Assembly: GCF_050320075.1 (NCBI RefSeq)
Contig: NZ_CP190018.1
DNA length: 64,000 nucleotides
Direction: 5' to 3' (one strand)
Origin: Escherichia coli
GTDB taxonomy: Bacteria; Pseudomonadota; Gammaproteobacteria; Enterobacterales; Enterobacteriaceae
The notes beneath the pieces are model-generated. The model was not told the DNA's origin. It ran no database searches and worked only from the letters and a program-made list of their open reading frames with translations. The translations under genes were made by a program, and so were the position numbers. This document shows positions 1 through 10,322 of the stretch, in pieces (the stretch's first letter is position 1; every line of letters begins with the position of its first letter).

Positions 1-900
1 AAAAGCCTGGCGGAAGGGCAAAAGGGGGCGCTGTTAACGGCGGTGCTGAAAATGCTCGACCCGCTGGTACTGGTGCTGCCAGGGTTGATTGCGTTTCATC
101 TGTATCAGGATCTACCGAAAGCCGACATGGCCTACCCGACGCTGGTCAATAACGTTCTGCCAGTGCCACTGGTGGGTTTCTTCGGCGCGGTGTTATTTGG
201 TGCGGTGATCAGTACCTTCAACGGCTTTCTGAATAGCGCCAGTACGTTATTCAGTATGGGTATTTACCGTCGCATCATTAACCAGAATGCCGAGCCGCAA
301 CAGCTGGTCACCGTTGGGCGCAAATTTGGTTTCTTTATCGCCATCGTTTCGGTGCTGGTCGCGCCGTGGATTGCCAACGCGCCGCAGGGGTTGTATAGCT
401 GGATGAAACAGCTCAACGGTATTTACAACGTGCCGCTGGTTACCATCATCATTATGGGCTTTTTCTTCCCGCGCATCCCGGCGCTGGCGGCAAAAGTGGC
501 GATGGGGATTGGCATAATCAGCTACATCACCATCAACTATCTGGTGAAGTTCGACTTCCATTTCCTCTATGTGCTGGCCTGTACGTTCTGCATCAACGTG
601 GTCGTGATGCTGGTGATCGGTTTTATCAAACCGCGCGCCACGCCGTTCACCTTCAAAGATGCGTTTTCAGTGGACATGAAACCGTGGAAAAACGTCAAGA
701 TCGCGTCAATTGGCATCCTGTTCGCGATGATTGGCGTCTATGCCGGGCTGGCTGAATTCGGCGGCTACGGTACGCGCTGGTTAGCGATGATCAGTTATTT
801 CATTGCCGCCGTAGTGATTGTCTACCTGATTTTTGACAGCTGGCGGCATCGTCACGACCCAGCCGTAACCTTTACTCCCGACGCGAAGGATAGCCTATGA
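1..900 (+). CDS. yidK: Sodium:solute symporter family protein, C-terminal portion (5' end lies outside window)
   Basis: Open frame runs from position 1 to stop at 900; multi-pass hydrophobic translation; sits upstream of the sulfatase gene as in the K-12 yidK-yidJ arrangement. Confidence 0.75.
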   Translation, partial: KSLAEGQKGALLTAVLKMLDPLVLVLPGLIAFHLYQDLPKADMAYPTLVNNVLPVPLVGFFGAVLFGAVISTFNGFLNSASTLFSMGIYRRIINQNAEPQQLVTVGRKFGFFIAIVSVLVAPWIANAPQGLYSWMKQLNGIYNVPLVTIIIMGFFFPRIPALAAKVAMGIGIISYITINYLVKFDFHFLYVLACTFCINVVVMLVIGFIKPRATPFTFKDAFSVDMKPWKNVKIASIGILFAMIGVYAGLAEFGGYGTRWLAMISYFIAAVVIVYLIFDSWRHRHDPAVTFTPDAKDSL

Positions 901-2390
901 AACGCCCCAATTTTCTGTTCATCATGACCGATACCCAGGCCACCAATATGGTCGGTTGCTATAGCGGTAAGCCGCTGAATACGCAAAATATTGATAGTCT
1001 GGCGGCGGAAAGTATTCGCTTTAATTCCGCCTACACCTGTTCACCGGTTTGTACACCAGCGCGCGCCGGGCTGTTTACCGGTATCTACGCTAACCAGTCC
1101 GGCCCGTGGACCAACAACGTCGCGCCGGGCAAAAACATCTCCACTATGGGGCGCTACTTTAAGGATGCCGGCTATCACACCTGTTACATCGGCAAATGGC
1201 ATCTCGACGGTCATGACTATTTCGGCACTGGCGAGTGTCCGCCGGAGTGGGACGCTGATTACTGGTTCGATGGGGCGAACTATCTTAGCGAACTGACGGA
1301 AAAAGAAATTAGCCTGTGGCGCAATGGCCTAAACAGCGTCGAAGATTTACAGGCGAACCATATTGACGAAACCTTCACCTGGGCGCACCGCATCAGCAAT
1401 CGAGCAGTGGATTTTCTGCAACAGCCCGCGCGCGCCGAGGAACCCTTCCTGATGGTGGTTTCGTATGATGAGCCGCATCACCCGTTCACCTGTCCGGTGG
1501 AGTATTTAGAGAAATACGCTGATTTTTACTACGAGCTGGGCGAGAAAGCACAGGATGACCTGGCGAACAAACCGGAACATCACCGCTTATGGGCGCAGGC
1601 GATGCCATCGCCAGTCGGTGATGACGGGCTTTATCACCATCCGCTCTATTTTGCCTGCAATGACTTTGTTGATGACCAAATCGGACGTGTCATCAATGCC
1701 TTAACGCCAGAGCAACGTGAAAATACGTGGGTCATTTATACCTCCGATCACGGTGAAATGATGGGCGCACATAAGCTGATCAGTAAAGGAGCGGCGATGT
1801 ATGACGACATCACCCGTATTCCGCTGATCATCCGTTCGCCGCAAGGGGAGCGGCGACAGGTCGATACGCCAGTCAGTCATATCGATTTACTGCCGACAAT
1901 GATGGCGCTGGCAAATATTGAAAAACCAGAGATTCTGCCGGGGGAAAATATCCTTGCCGCGAAAGAGCCACGCGGCGTAATGGTGGAATTTAACCGCTAC
2001 GAGATTGAGCATGACAGCTTTGGCGGTTTTATTCCGGTGCGTTGCTGGGTGACGGATGACTTTAAACTGGTACTCAACCTCTTCACCAGTGATGAACTTT
2101 ACGATCGACGTAATGACCTAAATGAAATGCATAATCTGATCGATGATATCCGTTTTGCCGACGTTCGCCGCAAAATGCATGACGCCTTATTGGATTACAT
2201 GGACAAAATTCGCGATCCGTTCCGCAGTTATCAATGGAGCCTGCGTCCGTGGCGTAAAGATGCACAGCCGCGCTGGATGGGGGCATTTCGTCCACGCCCA
2301 CAAGATGGCTATTCGCCAGTGGTACGCGACTATGACACCGGCCTACCGACGCAAGGAGTGAAAGTGGAAGAGAAAAAACAGAAGTTCTGA
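897..2390 (+). CDS. yidJ: Sulfatase (arylsulfatase-family hydrolase)
   Basis: 497-aa ORF; N-terminal sulfatase signature region (CSPVCTPARAGLFTG, Cys-type active site motif C-x-P-x-R); start overlaps yidK stop by 4 nt. Confidence 0.9.
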   Translation: MKRPNFLFIMTDTQATNMVGCYSGKPLNTQNIDSLAAESIRFNSAYTCSPVCTPARAGLFTGIYANQSGPWTNNVAPGKNISTMGRYFKDAGYHTCYIGKWHLDGHDYFGTGECPPEWDADYWFDGANYLSELTEKEISLWRNGLNSVEDLQANHIDETFTWAHRISNRAVDFLQQPARAEEPFLMVVSYDEPHHPFTCPVEYLEKYADFYYELGEKAQDDLANKPEHHRLWAQAMPSPVGDDGLYHHPLYFACNDFVDDQIGRVINALTPEQRENTWVIYTSDHGEMMGAHKLISKGAAMYDDITRIPLIIRSPQGERRQVDTPVSHIDLLPTMMALANIEKPEILPGENILAAKEPRGVMVEFNRYEIEHDSFGGFIPVRCWVTDDFKLVLNLFTSDELYDRRNDLNEMHNLIDDIRFADVRRKMHDALLDYMDKIRDPFRSYQWSLRPWRKDAQPRWMGAFRPRPQDGYSPVVRDYDTGLPTQGVKVEEKKQKF

Positions 2391-2436
2391 CGATAATGCC
2401 CGCTGATGATCACCCGGCGGGCATTATTCAGGCTGC

Positions 2437-2886
2437 TTAAGCCAGCGAACCGCCGGTCAGGAAAGAAAAAATCAGGAACATCAGCAGAAGGCCGCACACG
2501 ATGCCGATACCAAAAAGCAAGGTATGGAAAGCCAGCGTCCCGCCGCCGAAAACCAGCGCGCCGCGAATGCCCCAGCGATTTTCCTTACGCATACCGCCAA
2601 CAAATGCGCAAAGTAGCGCAGCAATGGCCAGTGCGATACCGCTTTGATCGAGGATTTTATCGACATCCACGTCCTCTTTTTTCTCCACGGTGGTAATTTT
2701 TTCGCCTTTTATTCCGGCGAGAAGACCTCTTTTAATTTCAGCCGTTTTGTCCGCCACGATGCTTTCAAGCGTTGGCGGTGGTGCGGAAAAAGGGCCGAAT
2801 GAAAAGTGGATAATCCCCATTATTAAAGCGATGGCACCGAACAGCATGCCCAATGAACTGATTTTATTTTGCGCTATGATACCCAT
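2437..2886 (-). CDS. yidI: Small inner-membrane protein
   Basis: ORF track gives 185 aa; trimmed to internal ATG at 2886 preceded by AGGAGG (149 aa); hydrophobic translation. Confidence 0.7.
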   Translation of the reverse strand: MGIIAQNKISSLGMLFGAIALIMGIIHFSFGPFSAPPPTLESIVADKTAEIKRGLLAGIKGEKITTVEKKEDVDVDKILDQSGIALAIAALLCAFVGGMRKENRWGIRGALVFGGGTLAFHTLLFGIGIVCGLLLMFLIFSFLTGGSLA

Positions 2887-2993
2887 CTGACCTCCTTGTA
2901 GCGGATGGCAAAAGCATATCAGGAAACGGGTGGACGAAATTCTTAAAAAAACCGCTAAAGGTAGAGCGTTAGTGAAATTGCAAAGGAGCAACA

Positions 2994-3341
2994 ATGAAAA
3001 TTTCCCGCCTCGGAGAAGCGCCCGATTACCGCTTCTCGCTGGCTAATGAGCGTACTTTTCTGGCGTGGATCCGTACCGCACTAGGATTTCTGGCTGCGGG
3101 GGTTGGGCTTGACCAACTTGCGCCAGATTTCGCCACGCCCGTCATTCGCGAACTGCTGGCGTTGTTGTTGTGTCTGTTTTCCGGCGGGTTAGCGATGTAT
3201 GGCTACTTGCGCTGGTTACGCAATGAAAAAGCGATGCGTCTGAAAGAGGACCTGCCTTACACCAACAGCTTATTAATCATCAGTTTAATATTGATGATCG
3301 TGGCGGTGATCGTCATGGGACTGGTGTTGTATGCCGGATAG
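2994..3341 (+). CDS. yidH: Small inner-membrane protein (DUF202-like)
   Basis: 115-aa ORF with two hydrophobic segments; position in the yidI-H-G-F cluster. Confidence 0.75.
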   Translation: MKISRLGEAPDYRFSLANERTFLAWIRTALGFLAAGVGLDQLAPDFATPVIRELLALLLCLFSGGLAMYGYLRWLRNEKAMRLKEDLPYTNSLLIISLILMIVAVIVMGLVLYAG

Positions 3342-3693
3342 CCGCAAAGCCAGACGCATTGCCGACCCAGGGCTGCAGCCGGAGCGCACATCACTGGCGT
3401 GGTTTCGTACCATGCTGGGCTACGGCGCGTTGATGGCGTTGGCTATCAAACACAACTGGCACCAGGCGGGCATGTTATTCTGGATTTCGATTGGCATCCT
3501 CGCCATCGTGGCGCTGATCCTCTGGCACTACACTCGTAATCGCAATTTAATGGATGTCACGAATAGCGATTTTTCCCAATTTCACGTAGTCCGTGACAAA
3601 TTTTTGATCTCCCTCGCGGTGTTATCTCTCGCAATACTGTTTGCTGTAACGCATATACATCAACTTATCGTATTTATTGAGAGAGTCGCATGA
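3331..3693 (+). CDS. yidG: Small inner-membrane protein
   Basis: 120-aa ORF overlapping the yidH stop; hydrophobic; conserved gene order. Confidence 0.75.
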   Translation: MPDSRKARRIADPGLQPERTSLAWFRTMLGYGALMALAIKHNWHQAGMLFWISIGILAIVALILWHYTRNRNLMDVTNSDFSQFHVVRDKFLISLAVLSLAILFAVTHIHQLIVFIERVA

Positions 3694-4187
3694 CAGGAAG
3701 TCAGGTCATTGATGCTGAAGAGGACAGGCATAAACTGGTTGTAGAGTATAAGGATGCTCTGCAACCTGCCGATTTTTATCACAATTTCAAACAGCGGGGC
3801 ATCCGCTCCGTACAGCTCATTCCCCATCTTGAATTTGATGACCGGGGCGATCTGACGGCCGCTTCGGTGACAGCAGAGCTGTGGGGGAAATTTTTAATTG
3901 CCCTGTTTGAGTGTTGGGTGCGGGCAGATATCAGTCGTATCTCGATTGAGCTTTTTGACGCCACATTACAAAAATGGTGTGGCAGCGAAAACCCGCACTC
4001 GCGCCGTGGCTGCCAGGCGTGCGACTGGCATCGGCTGTGCCCGCACGCTCGGGAGGAGACGCCAGACAGCGTGCTATGTGCGGGCTATCAGGCGTTTTAT
4101 TCTTACTCCGCACCGCATATGCGGGTGATGCGTGATCTGATAAAGCAGCATCGTTCTCCCATGGAGCTGATGACGATGCTGCGGTGA
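3690..4187 (+). CDS. yidF: Putative sulfatase-maturating enzyme remnant (Cys-rich)
   Basis: 165-aa ORF with Cys-rich C-terminal half (CGSENPHSRRGCQACDWHRLCPH); overlaps yidG stop. Confidence 0.7.
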   Translation: MTGSQVIDAEEDRHKLVVEYKDALQPADFYHNFKQRGIRSVQLIPHLEFDDRGDLTAASVTAELWGKFLIALFECWVRADISRISIELFDATLQKWCGSENPHSRRGCQACDWHRLCPHAREETPDSVLCAGYQAFYSYSAPHMRVMRDLIKQHRSPMELMTMLR

Positions 4188-4194
4188 CGTGAGC

Positions 4195-5379
4195 TTAAAC
4201 AGGCTGCCCCTGATGCGACATCCGCGTCGCCAGCGGTAGCCAGCACAGCACGATCAACAATCCCATTAAGGTCATCAACAACCCCAGGCTGCCCTGACCG
4301 GTTTGCGGCAACATCGCAGAGAGCGACGCCAGCACGCCGGAACCAATGTTTTGCAGACCGCCGACCAGCGCGCCCGCGGTGCCCGCCAGGAAGGGGAACG
4401 GTTCCATTGCGCCGCTGGTCGCCAGCGGAAACAGCATCCCGGCACCGAAAAAGAACAGCGCGGCGGGAACGAGCAGCGTCCAGACATTCATCACGCCAAA
4501 CCAGTCGGGGATCCACATCAGCAAGCCAGCCAGCAGGCAGCAGATAACCGACTGCCACATCAACGTTGAGAAGCGTTTATTAGGACGTCCGGCAAACCAT
4601 GCCCCAAAAAATGCCGCCGGAATCGGCAGAATAAACAAAATACTGACCGTCATACTGCTCAGCCCTAATACCGCGCCCATCAGCACGCCGGAGCAGGCTT
4701 CAAAGGCGGCAATCCCGGCCAGACCGCCAATCAGCATCAGCAAATAACAGTTAAAACCGCTGTTACCGAAAAGCGTTTTATAACTGGTAAGCAGGCGTGT
4801 GCGCGGTGCGTCGACCGGACGCGTTTCCGGCATCCAGCGGGCCATACTGAAGGTCACACCGGCACAAAGTACCAACAAAAAGAGATAACAGGCGCGCCAG
4901 TTCCACATCGTATCCAGCAGACCGCCGATTAGCGGTGCGAGCAACGGACTGACAAGAATTCCCATGTTTAACAGGCTATTAGCATGGCGCAATTGTGTCC
5001 GTTCATATAAATCACGCGGCAAAGTACGCGCCATTACGCCGCCAACGCCGGTGCCCATCCCCTGCATCGCGCTGGCGGCAATCAATACTGTCAAACTGGA
5101 GGTCGTGACCGCGACCAGCGTTGCCAGCATAAAAATGGACATTCCGACGAGGATCACCGGTCGGCGACCCACACGGTCGGAAATCGGGCCATAAAACAGC
5201 TGTGAGACACCGTAAGTCAGCAGATAAGCGCCCATTACGCTCTGCACCGCCCCTTCACGGACGTTGAGATCGCGCGCCATATCGGCAATAGCTGGAATAT
5301 AAATGGTTTGCGCCATCTGACCGACGGCCACGAGTAATACCAACATCAATAACAAATTGACGTTTCTATGCCTTTTCAT
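4195..5379 (-). CDS. emrD: MFS multidrug efflux transporter EmrD
   Basis: ORF track 396 aa, trimmed to the MKRHRNVNLL start (394 aa); 12-TM MFS-like translation. Confidence 0.9.
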   Translation of the reverse strand: MKRHRNVNLLLMLVLLVAVGQMAQTIYIPAIADMARDLNVREGAVQSVMGAYLLTYGVSQLFYGPISDRVGRRPVILVGMSIFMLATLVAVTTSSLTVLIAASAMQGMGTGVGGVMARTLPRDLYERTQLRHANSLLNMGILVSPLLAPLIGGLLDTMWNWRACYLFLLVLCAGVTFSMARWMPETRPVDAPRTRLLTSYKTLFGNSGFNCYLLMLIGGLAGIAAFEACSGVLMGAVLGLSSMTVSILFILPIPAAFFGAWFAGRPNKRFSTLMWQSVICCLLAGLLMWIPDWFGVMNVWTLLVPAALFFFGAGMLFPLATSGAMEPFPFLAGTAGALVGGLQNIGSGVLASLSAMLPQTGQGSLGLLMTLMGLLIVLCWLPLATRMSHQGQPV

Positions 5380-5611
5380 TATCACGGATGCTTTTATAAA
5401 AATAATTAGAATAAGTCACTACGCATTCCCATAAATGCGGGAGAGGAATCTATCACATTGATAAATGTTAGCCAGATATACGCCAGGAATGGGGAATTGT
5501 TTAGCGGCAGAATATGTAAACAAAAGCGGCAATAAATGTTGCCGGGAGGGATGGTAGGGCGGATAAGATGCATCAGCATCGCATCCGACACCAACCCGCA
5601 CGCTAAATATG

Positions 5612-5640
5612 AAAGGGGAGCGGTTACCCGCTCCCCTTTG
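5612..5640. terminator. Hairpin terminator downstream of tisB (tisAB transcript 3' end)
   Basis: Inverted repeat aaaggggagcgg / ccgctcccctttg read directly in the sequence, just after the tisB stop. Confidence 0.55.
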
Positions 5641-5658
5641 GTGCGACTTGAATCTGAA

Positions 5659-5748
5659 TTACTTCAGGTATTTCAGAACAGCATCAAGCAGTTGCAGTGC
5701 TGCAACAATGAGTTTGAGGATAAGAATGGCGATATCCACCAGGCTCAT
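5659..5748 (-). CDS. tisB: Type I toxin TisB (29 aa, SOS-induced membrane peptide)
   Basis: Minus-strand translation reads MSLVDIAILILKLIVAALQLLDAVLKYLK, the TisB peptide with one N-terminal substitution; too short to appear in the ORF track. Confidence 0.85.
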   Translation of the reverse strand: MSLVDIAILILKLIVAALQLLDAVLKYLK

Positions 5749-5982
5749 ACGCGTCTCCTGTGGTTCAGGAGCACTGCCAGCTGACGTACCTTTCCGCTGC
5801 CTGTTGCCAGCTGTTGTGCACGCGGTATCTCAAGGAGAAACGTTGTGCTCGTTGACATAACACAGTGTGCTCACGCGGGGTTAAGGCGCTGACGGCACCA
5901 CCCGTTTCAGCCAGGACTTAGTGCGCCGGGTAACGATGCGGCCCCCGCATAACACATTGCGTACAGTGATATTATAGAAGTT

Positions 5983-6002
5983 TACTGTATAAATAAACAG
6001 TA
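5983..6002. promoter_or_regulatory. LexA operator (SOS box) at the tisAB promoter
   Basis: tactgtataaataaacagta contains a perfect CTGT-N8-ACAG LexA box; a minus-strand TATAAT (-10) lies at 5971-5976 just downstream. Confidence 0.75.
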
Positions 6003-6107
6003 ATATTTGGACAAAACGCAAACTGTGATCGATACTCAACTATGCACTAAATACGTCAAAATTCGTGCCGAAATTGCGCGTTTTGCGCGGAACACGTATA
6101 CTTTCTG

Positions 6108-6186
6108 TGTTGACATAATACAGTGTGCTTTGCGGTTACCAGCCGCGGGCGGCTGACGAAACCTCGCTCCGGCGGGGTTTTTTGTT
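6108..6186 (+). ncRNA. istR: IstR-1-like antitoxin sRNA (approximate boundaries)
   Basis: Plus-strand segment acataatacagtgtgctttgcgg (about 6110-6135) is a near repeat of 5861-5885, which lies inside the tisAB 5' UTR, giving the expected IstR/tisAB complementarity; followed by a GC hairpin and T-run near 6160-6186. Exact ends not determinable here. Confidence 0.5.
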
Positions 6187-6312
6187 ACCTGCAGTACAGT
6201 ACAAAACGTGATCAACCCCTCAATTTTCCCTTGCTGAAAAATTTTCCATTGTCTCCCCTGTAAAGCTGTGCTTGTATAAATATTGTTAAACACAAAACCA
6301 ACAAGGTCCCCA

Positions 6313-6411
6313 ATGACTACTTCCATGCTCAACGCAAAACTACTACCAACTGCGCCATCCGCCGCAGTGGTCGTCGTGCGTGTGGTGGTGGTCGTCGGCA
6401 ATGCGCCGTAG
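6313..6411 (+). CDS. ivbL: ilvBN operon leader peptide
   Basis: 32-codon ORF MTTSMLNAKLLPTAPSAAVVVVRVVVVVGNAP with the Val-rich run typical of the ilvB attenuator leader. Confidence 0.85.
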   Translation: MTTSMLNAKLLPTAPSAAVVVVRVVVVVGNAP

Positions 6412-6436
6412 GGACTGGAACAACACACGATTCCAA

Positions 6437-6470
6437 AACCCCGCCGGCGCAAACCGGGCGGGGTTTTTCG
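6437..6470 (+). terminator. ilvBN attenuator (rho-independent terminator)
   Basis: aaccccgccggcgcaaaccgggcggggttttt: GC-rich hairpin plus U-run immediately after the leader peptide. Confidence 0.75.
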
Positions 6471-6516
6471 TTTAATCACCTCCCGGAAAGTCGGCCCAGA
6501 AGAAAAGGACTGGAGC

Positions 6517-8205
6517 ATGGCAAGTTCGGGCACAACATCGACGCATAAGCGCTTTACCGGCGCAGAATTTATCGTTCATTTCCTGGAACAGCAGGGCATT
6601 AAGATTGTGACGGGCATTCCGGGCGGTTCTATCCTCCCTGTTTACGACGCCTTAAGCCAAAGCACGCAAATCCGCCATATTCTGGCTCGCCATGAACAGG
6701 GCGCGGGGTTTATCGCTCAGGGAATGGCGCGCACCGACGGTAAACCGGCGGTCTGTATGGCCTGTAGCGGACCGGGGGCGACTAACCTGGTGACCGCCAT
6801 TGCCGATGCGCGGCTGGACTCCATCCCGCTGATTTGCATCACTGGTCAGGTACCCGCCTCAATGATCGGCACCGACGCCTTCCAGGAAGTGGACACCTAC
6901 GGCATCTCTATCCCCATCACCAAACACAACTATCTGGTCAGACATATCGAAGAACTCCCGCAGGTCATGAGCGATGCCTTCCGTATTGCGCAATCAGGCC
7001 GCCCTGGCCCGGTGTGGATAGACATTCCTAAGGATGTGCAAACGGCCGTTTTTGAGATTGAAGCACAGCCCGCGGTGGCAGAAAAAGCCGTCGCGCCCGC
7101 CTTTAGCGAAGAAAGCATTCATGACGCAGCGGCAATGATTAATGCTGCCAAACGCCCGGTGCTTTATCTGGGCGGTGGTGTGATCAATGCGCCTGCGCGA
7201 GTGCGTGAACTGGCGGAGAAAGCGCAGCTGCCTACCACCATGACTTTAATGGCGCTGGGTATGCTGCCAAAAGCGCATCCGCTGTCGCTGGGTATGCTGG
7301 GGATGCACGGTGTGCGCAGCACCAACTATATCTTGCAGGAGGCGGATCTGCTGATTGTTCTCGGCGCGCGTTTTGATGACCGGGCGATTGGCAAAACCGA
7401 GCAGTTCTGTCCGAATGCGAAAATTATTCATGTCGATATCGATCGCGCAGAGCTGGGTAAAATCAAGCAGCCGCACGTAGCGATTCAGGCGGATGTTGAT
7501 GACGTGCTGGCGCAGCTGATCCCGCAGGTGGAAGCGCAACCGCGTGCAGAGTGGCACCAGTTGGTAGCGGATTTGCAGCGCGAATTCCCGTGTCCAATCC
7601 CGAAAGCGTGCGATCCATTAAGCCATTACGGCCTGATCAACGCCGTTGCCGCCTGTGTCGATGACAATGCGATTATCACCACCGATGTGGGTCAGCATCA
7701 GATGTGGACGGCGCAGGCTTATCCGCTCAATCGCCCACGCCAGTGGCTGACCTCCGGCGGGCTGGGCACGATGGGCTTTGGTCTGCCTGCGGCGATTGGC
7801 GCGGCGCTGGCGAACCCGGATCGCAAAGTGTTGTGCTTCTCCGGCGACGGCAGCCTGATGATGAATATTCAGGAGATGGCGACCGCCAGTGAAAATCAGC
7901 TGGATGTCAAAATCATTCTGATGAACAACGAAGCGCTGGGGCTGGTACATCAGCAACAGAGTCTGTTCTACAAGCAGGGCGTTTTTGCCGCTACCTATCC
8001 GGGAAAAATCAACTTTATGCAGATTGCCGCCGGATTCGGCCTCGAAACCTGTGATTTGAATAACGAAGCCGATCCGCAGGCTGCATTGCAGGAAATCATC
8101 AATCGCCCTGGTCCGGCGCTGATCCATGTGCGCATTGATGCCGAAGAAAAAGTGTACCCGATGGTGCCGCCAGGTGCGGCGAATACTGAAATGGTGGGGG
8201 AATAA
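6517..8205 (+). CDS. ilvB: Acetolactate synthase I large subunit
   Basis: 562-aa ORF, ThDP-enzyme-like translation; leader/attenuator upstream and small subunit gene 3 nt downstream. Confidence 0.95.
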   Translation: MASSGTTSTHKRFTGAEFIVHFLEQQGIKIVTGIPGGSILPVYDALSQSTQIRHILARHEQGAGFIAQGMARTDGKPAVCMACSGPGATNLVTAIADARLDSIPLICITGQVPASMIGTDAFQEVDTYGISIPITKHNYLVRHIEELPQVMSDAFRIAQSGRPGPVWIDIPKDVQTAVFEIEAQPAVAEKAVAPAFSEESIHDAAAMINAAKRPVLYLGGGVINAPARVRELAEKAQLPTTMTLMALGMLPKAHPLSLGMLGMHGVRSTNYILQEADLLIVLGARFDDRAIGKTEQFCPNAKIIHVDIDRAELGKIKQPHVAIQADVDDVLAQLIPQVEAQPRAEWHQLVADLQREFPCPIPKACDPLSHYGLINAVAACVDDNAIITTDVGQHQMWTAQAYPLNRPRQWLTSGGLGTMGFGLPAAIGAALANPDRKVLCFSGDGSLMMNIQEMATASENQLDVKIILMNNEALGLVHQQQSLFYKQGVFAATYPGKINFMQIAAGFGLETCDLNNEADPQAALQEIINRPGPALIHVRIDAEEKVYPMVPPGAANTEMVGE

Positions 8206-8208
8206 GCC

Positions 8209-8499
8209 ATGCAAAACACAACTCATGACAACGTGATTCTCGAACTCACCGTTCGCAACCATCCGGGCGTAATGACCCACGTTTGTGGCCTTTTTGCCCG
8301 TCGCGCTTTTAACGTCGAAGGCATTCTCTGCCTGCCGATTCAGGACAGCGACAAAAGCCATATCTGGCTACTGGTCAATGACGACCAGCGTCTGGAGCAG
8401 ATGATAAGCCAAATCGATAAGCTGGAAGATGTGGTGAAAGTGCAGCGTAATCAGTCCGATCCGACAATGTTTAACAAGATTGCGGTGTTTTTTCAGTAA
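8209..8499 (+). CDS. ilvN: Acetolactate synthase I small (regulatory) subunit
   Basis: 96-aa ORF with ACT-domain-like translation, tightly coupled to ilvB. Confidence 0.95.
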
Positions 8500-8763
8500 G
8501 GAGCGACATTAAACCGCTCGGGGGGTTTGCTGATGAGCGATTTTTGATAGATCCGTTCAGATATATAGGGTGAAATTGTGCCAGAGACCATCTCAGGCAC
8601 AATTTATTAGCCCAGGACGTTAATTTAAGTCGCTGCACCGATAACCAGGGGGTTGACAGTTAGGGCTAAAAATTTCCAGCGATGGTGTTAAATTCTGATT
8701 GCTGTCTATACCAGTGGTCATGACCAGCATTCTATTAATTAATGGTTCATCGTGAGGTATATT

Positions 8764-10047
8764 ATGGCAAGCCCTATAAACAGCGGAACAATGATGTCAA
8801 ATCCCTGCCCCTCCACCTTTTTGGATAAAAATAGAATTATTGCTGCTGAGCTTAATATCACAAATAACGAGAAAAAATATTCACCTGGCAGTAATTTCGC
8901 AAAATGGATGTTACAGGAAATAAAACGCTTAATAGCAAATATTATGTCCGGTTCTCGCAGTGTTAATACCGAAATACTTAACTATTTTCACCCTATGCCA
9001 GGCACTGAAAATAATGGCAATCGTACCTGGATGGCGGCAACTGGAGAGGATGAGTATATCGAAATCAAACAAACAGGTGATAAGTCATTTAATATTACTC
9101 TGGTTGGTAGAGATAAACGTTTACGAAAAGAAACTCCATATTCAGGAGTGGCTGTAGCGACTATTATCAAATCGTTGTCTGAAAAAACTGCTGCGTTAGA
9201 AACACATTCCGCTGACACGGTTTTGAGAAAGAAATTAGTTAATAGTATTGTTATCAATAATACAGACTTTAATTACGAAATTCCTGCGGGAATTTTAAGT
9301 AATATATATGATTTATTAAGCCTGCGAGTTCAAAAAGATGAAGGATATGTACCTGTTCAGGAAAGTTTTAAAAGAACAGATGTTTTTTTTGATTCCATAA
9401 TTATGGATGCTCATAGAACTATAAAAGAACAAAATCAACAAAATGGTGCTACTAAAATAACTTGCTGCGGTGTTGAGTTAAGTAAAGATATTCTTAAAAT
9501 ATTTGCAGAGAAAATTGAAATAATTGAACAAGATACAAAGAATAGTCAAAACACACTTGAACAAATGGTTGAACTGGTTTACTTTAATGATAATGACTGT
9601 GCTCGGGCAAGGGAATTATTAAAGAAATCAAATGGTAACATTGCGGATGATAAGATTGATGAAATAATCGCTTGCTTATCCAGTCATCAGGGGATTACAT
9701 GTTTTTATTATTCTTCCGTACAAGGCTATCAGAGCTATTTAAAAAATACATCTCAAGATGTTAGCGAGTTACTCTCAAAGAGTTTGGATGGTGCCATTTC
9801 ATCAATATCGGGTTTAAAAAACTCAGGAAATACCTTTTTTGGGACTGGGAAATATATTAAAGAAATTGATTTTACTATAAATGGGTTTAGTCAGAAGATG
9901 TATTCGATGGCGGTTAATAATGTTGGAAATGAAGTTAAGCTTCAGTGTTCTCGTTATTTTACTACCGGTAGGGTCGACGAACAAAACTCCAAAATCGATA
10001 AAGTCACTTTTACATTTTTCGGTGCCGCAACAACTGCTGATTTATGA
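8764..10047 (+). CDS. Hypothetical protein, AT-rich, paralog A (about 427 aa)
   Basis: Long ORF; start set at ATG 8764 with GAGG 7 nt upstream (track gives GTG 8752). Shares motifs with the next ORF (TWxAxTGxDxYIxIxQTG, CCGV, IIxCLSS). No signal peptide or TM segment seen. Confidence 0.6.
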   Translation: MASPINSGTMMSNPCPSTFLDKNRIIAAELNITNNEKKYSPGSNFAKWMLQEIKRLIANIMSGSRSVNTEILNYFHPMPGTENNGNRTWMAATGEDEYIEIKQTGDKSFNITLVGRDKRLRKETPYSGVAVATIIKSLSEKTAALETHSADTVLRKKLVNSIVINNTDFNYEIPAGILSNIYDLLSLRVQKDEGYVPVQESFKRTDVFFDSIIMDAHRTIKEQNQQNGATKITCCGVELSKDILKIFAEKIEIIEQDTKNSQNTLEQMVELVYFNDNDCARARELLKKSNGNIADDKIDEIIACLSSHQGITCFYYSSVQGYQSYLKNTSQDVSELLSKSLDGAISSISGLKNSGNTFFGTGKYIKEIDFTINGFSQKMYSMAVNNVGNEVKLQCSRYFTTGRVDEQNSKIDKVTFTFFGAATTADL

Positions 10048-10322
10048 TTTTTGCCTGATAAATCGCGTTTATCATTAAGGTGAACGCGTATTGTTAACCG
10101 TCTGTGTATAAACAGTCTTTTTGAAATAATGAGCGATTTTTGATAGTGAATAAGTAGAATTAGTGATGCAATTGCATTGGGAAAATCGTTAAAAATTAAC
10201 GACACATGGTCTTATTATTGAAATAAATGAAATATAGCGGTTAGCATTGACATATTTATCATGCTAACCATTGATGCTTCTAAAATGTCAAAATATGCAA
10301 AGTGTCATATTGCGAGGTTACT

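Noticed and set aside
991-1296. 101-aa plus-strand ORF in an alternative frame inside yidJ
   Set aside because: Fully embedded in the sulfatase ORF in a different frame; Pro/Arg/Thr-rich composition typical of an out-of-frame artefact.
6036-6533. 165-aa minus-strand ORF spanning the istR/ivbL/ilvB promoter region
   Set aside because: Overlaps the ivbL leader, attenuator and ilvB start on the opposite strand; Thr/Ala low-complexity translation; region is well explained by known regulatory elements.
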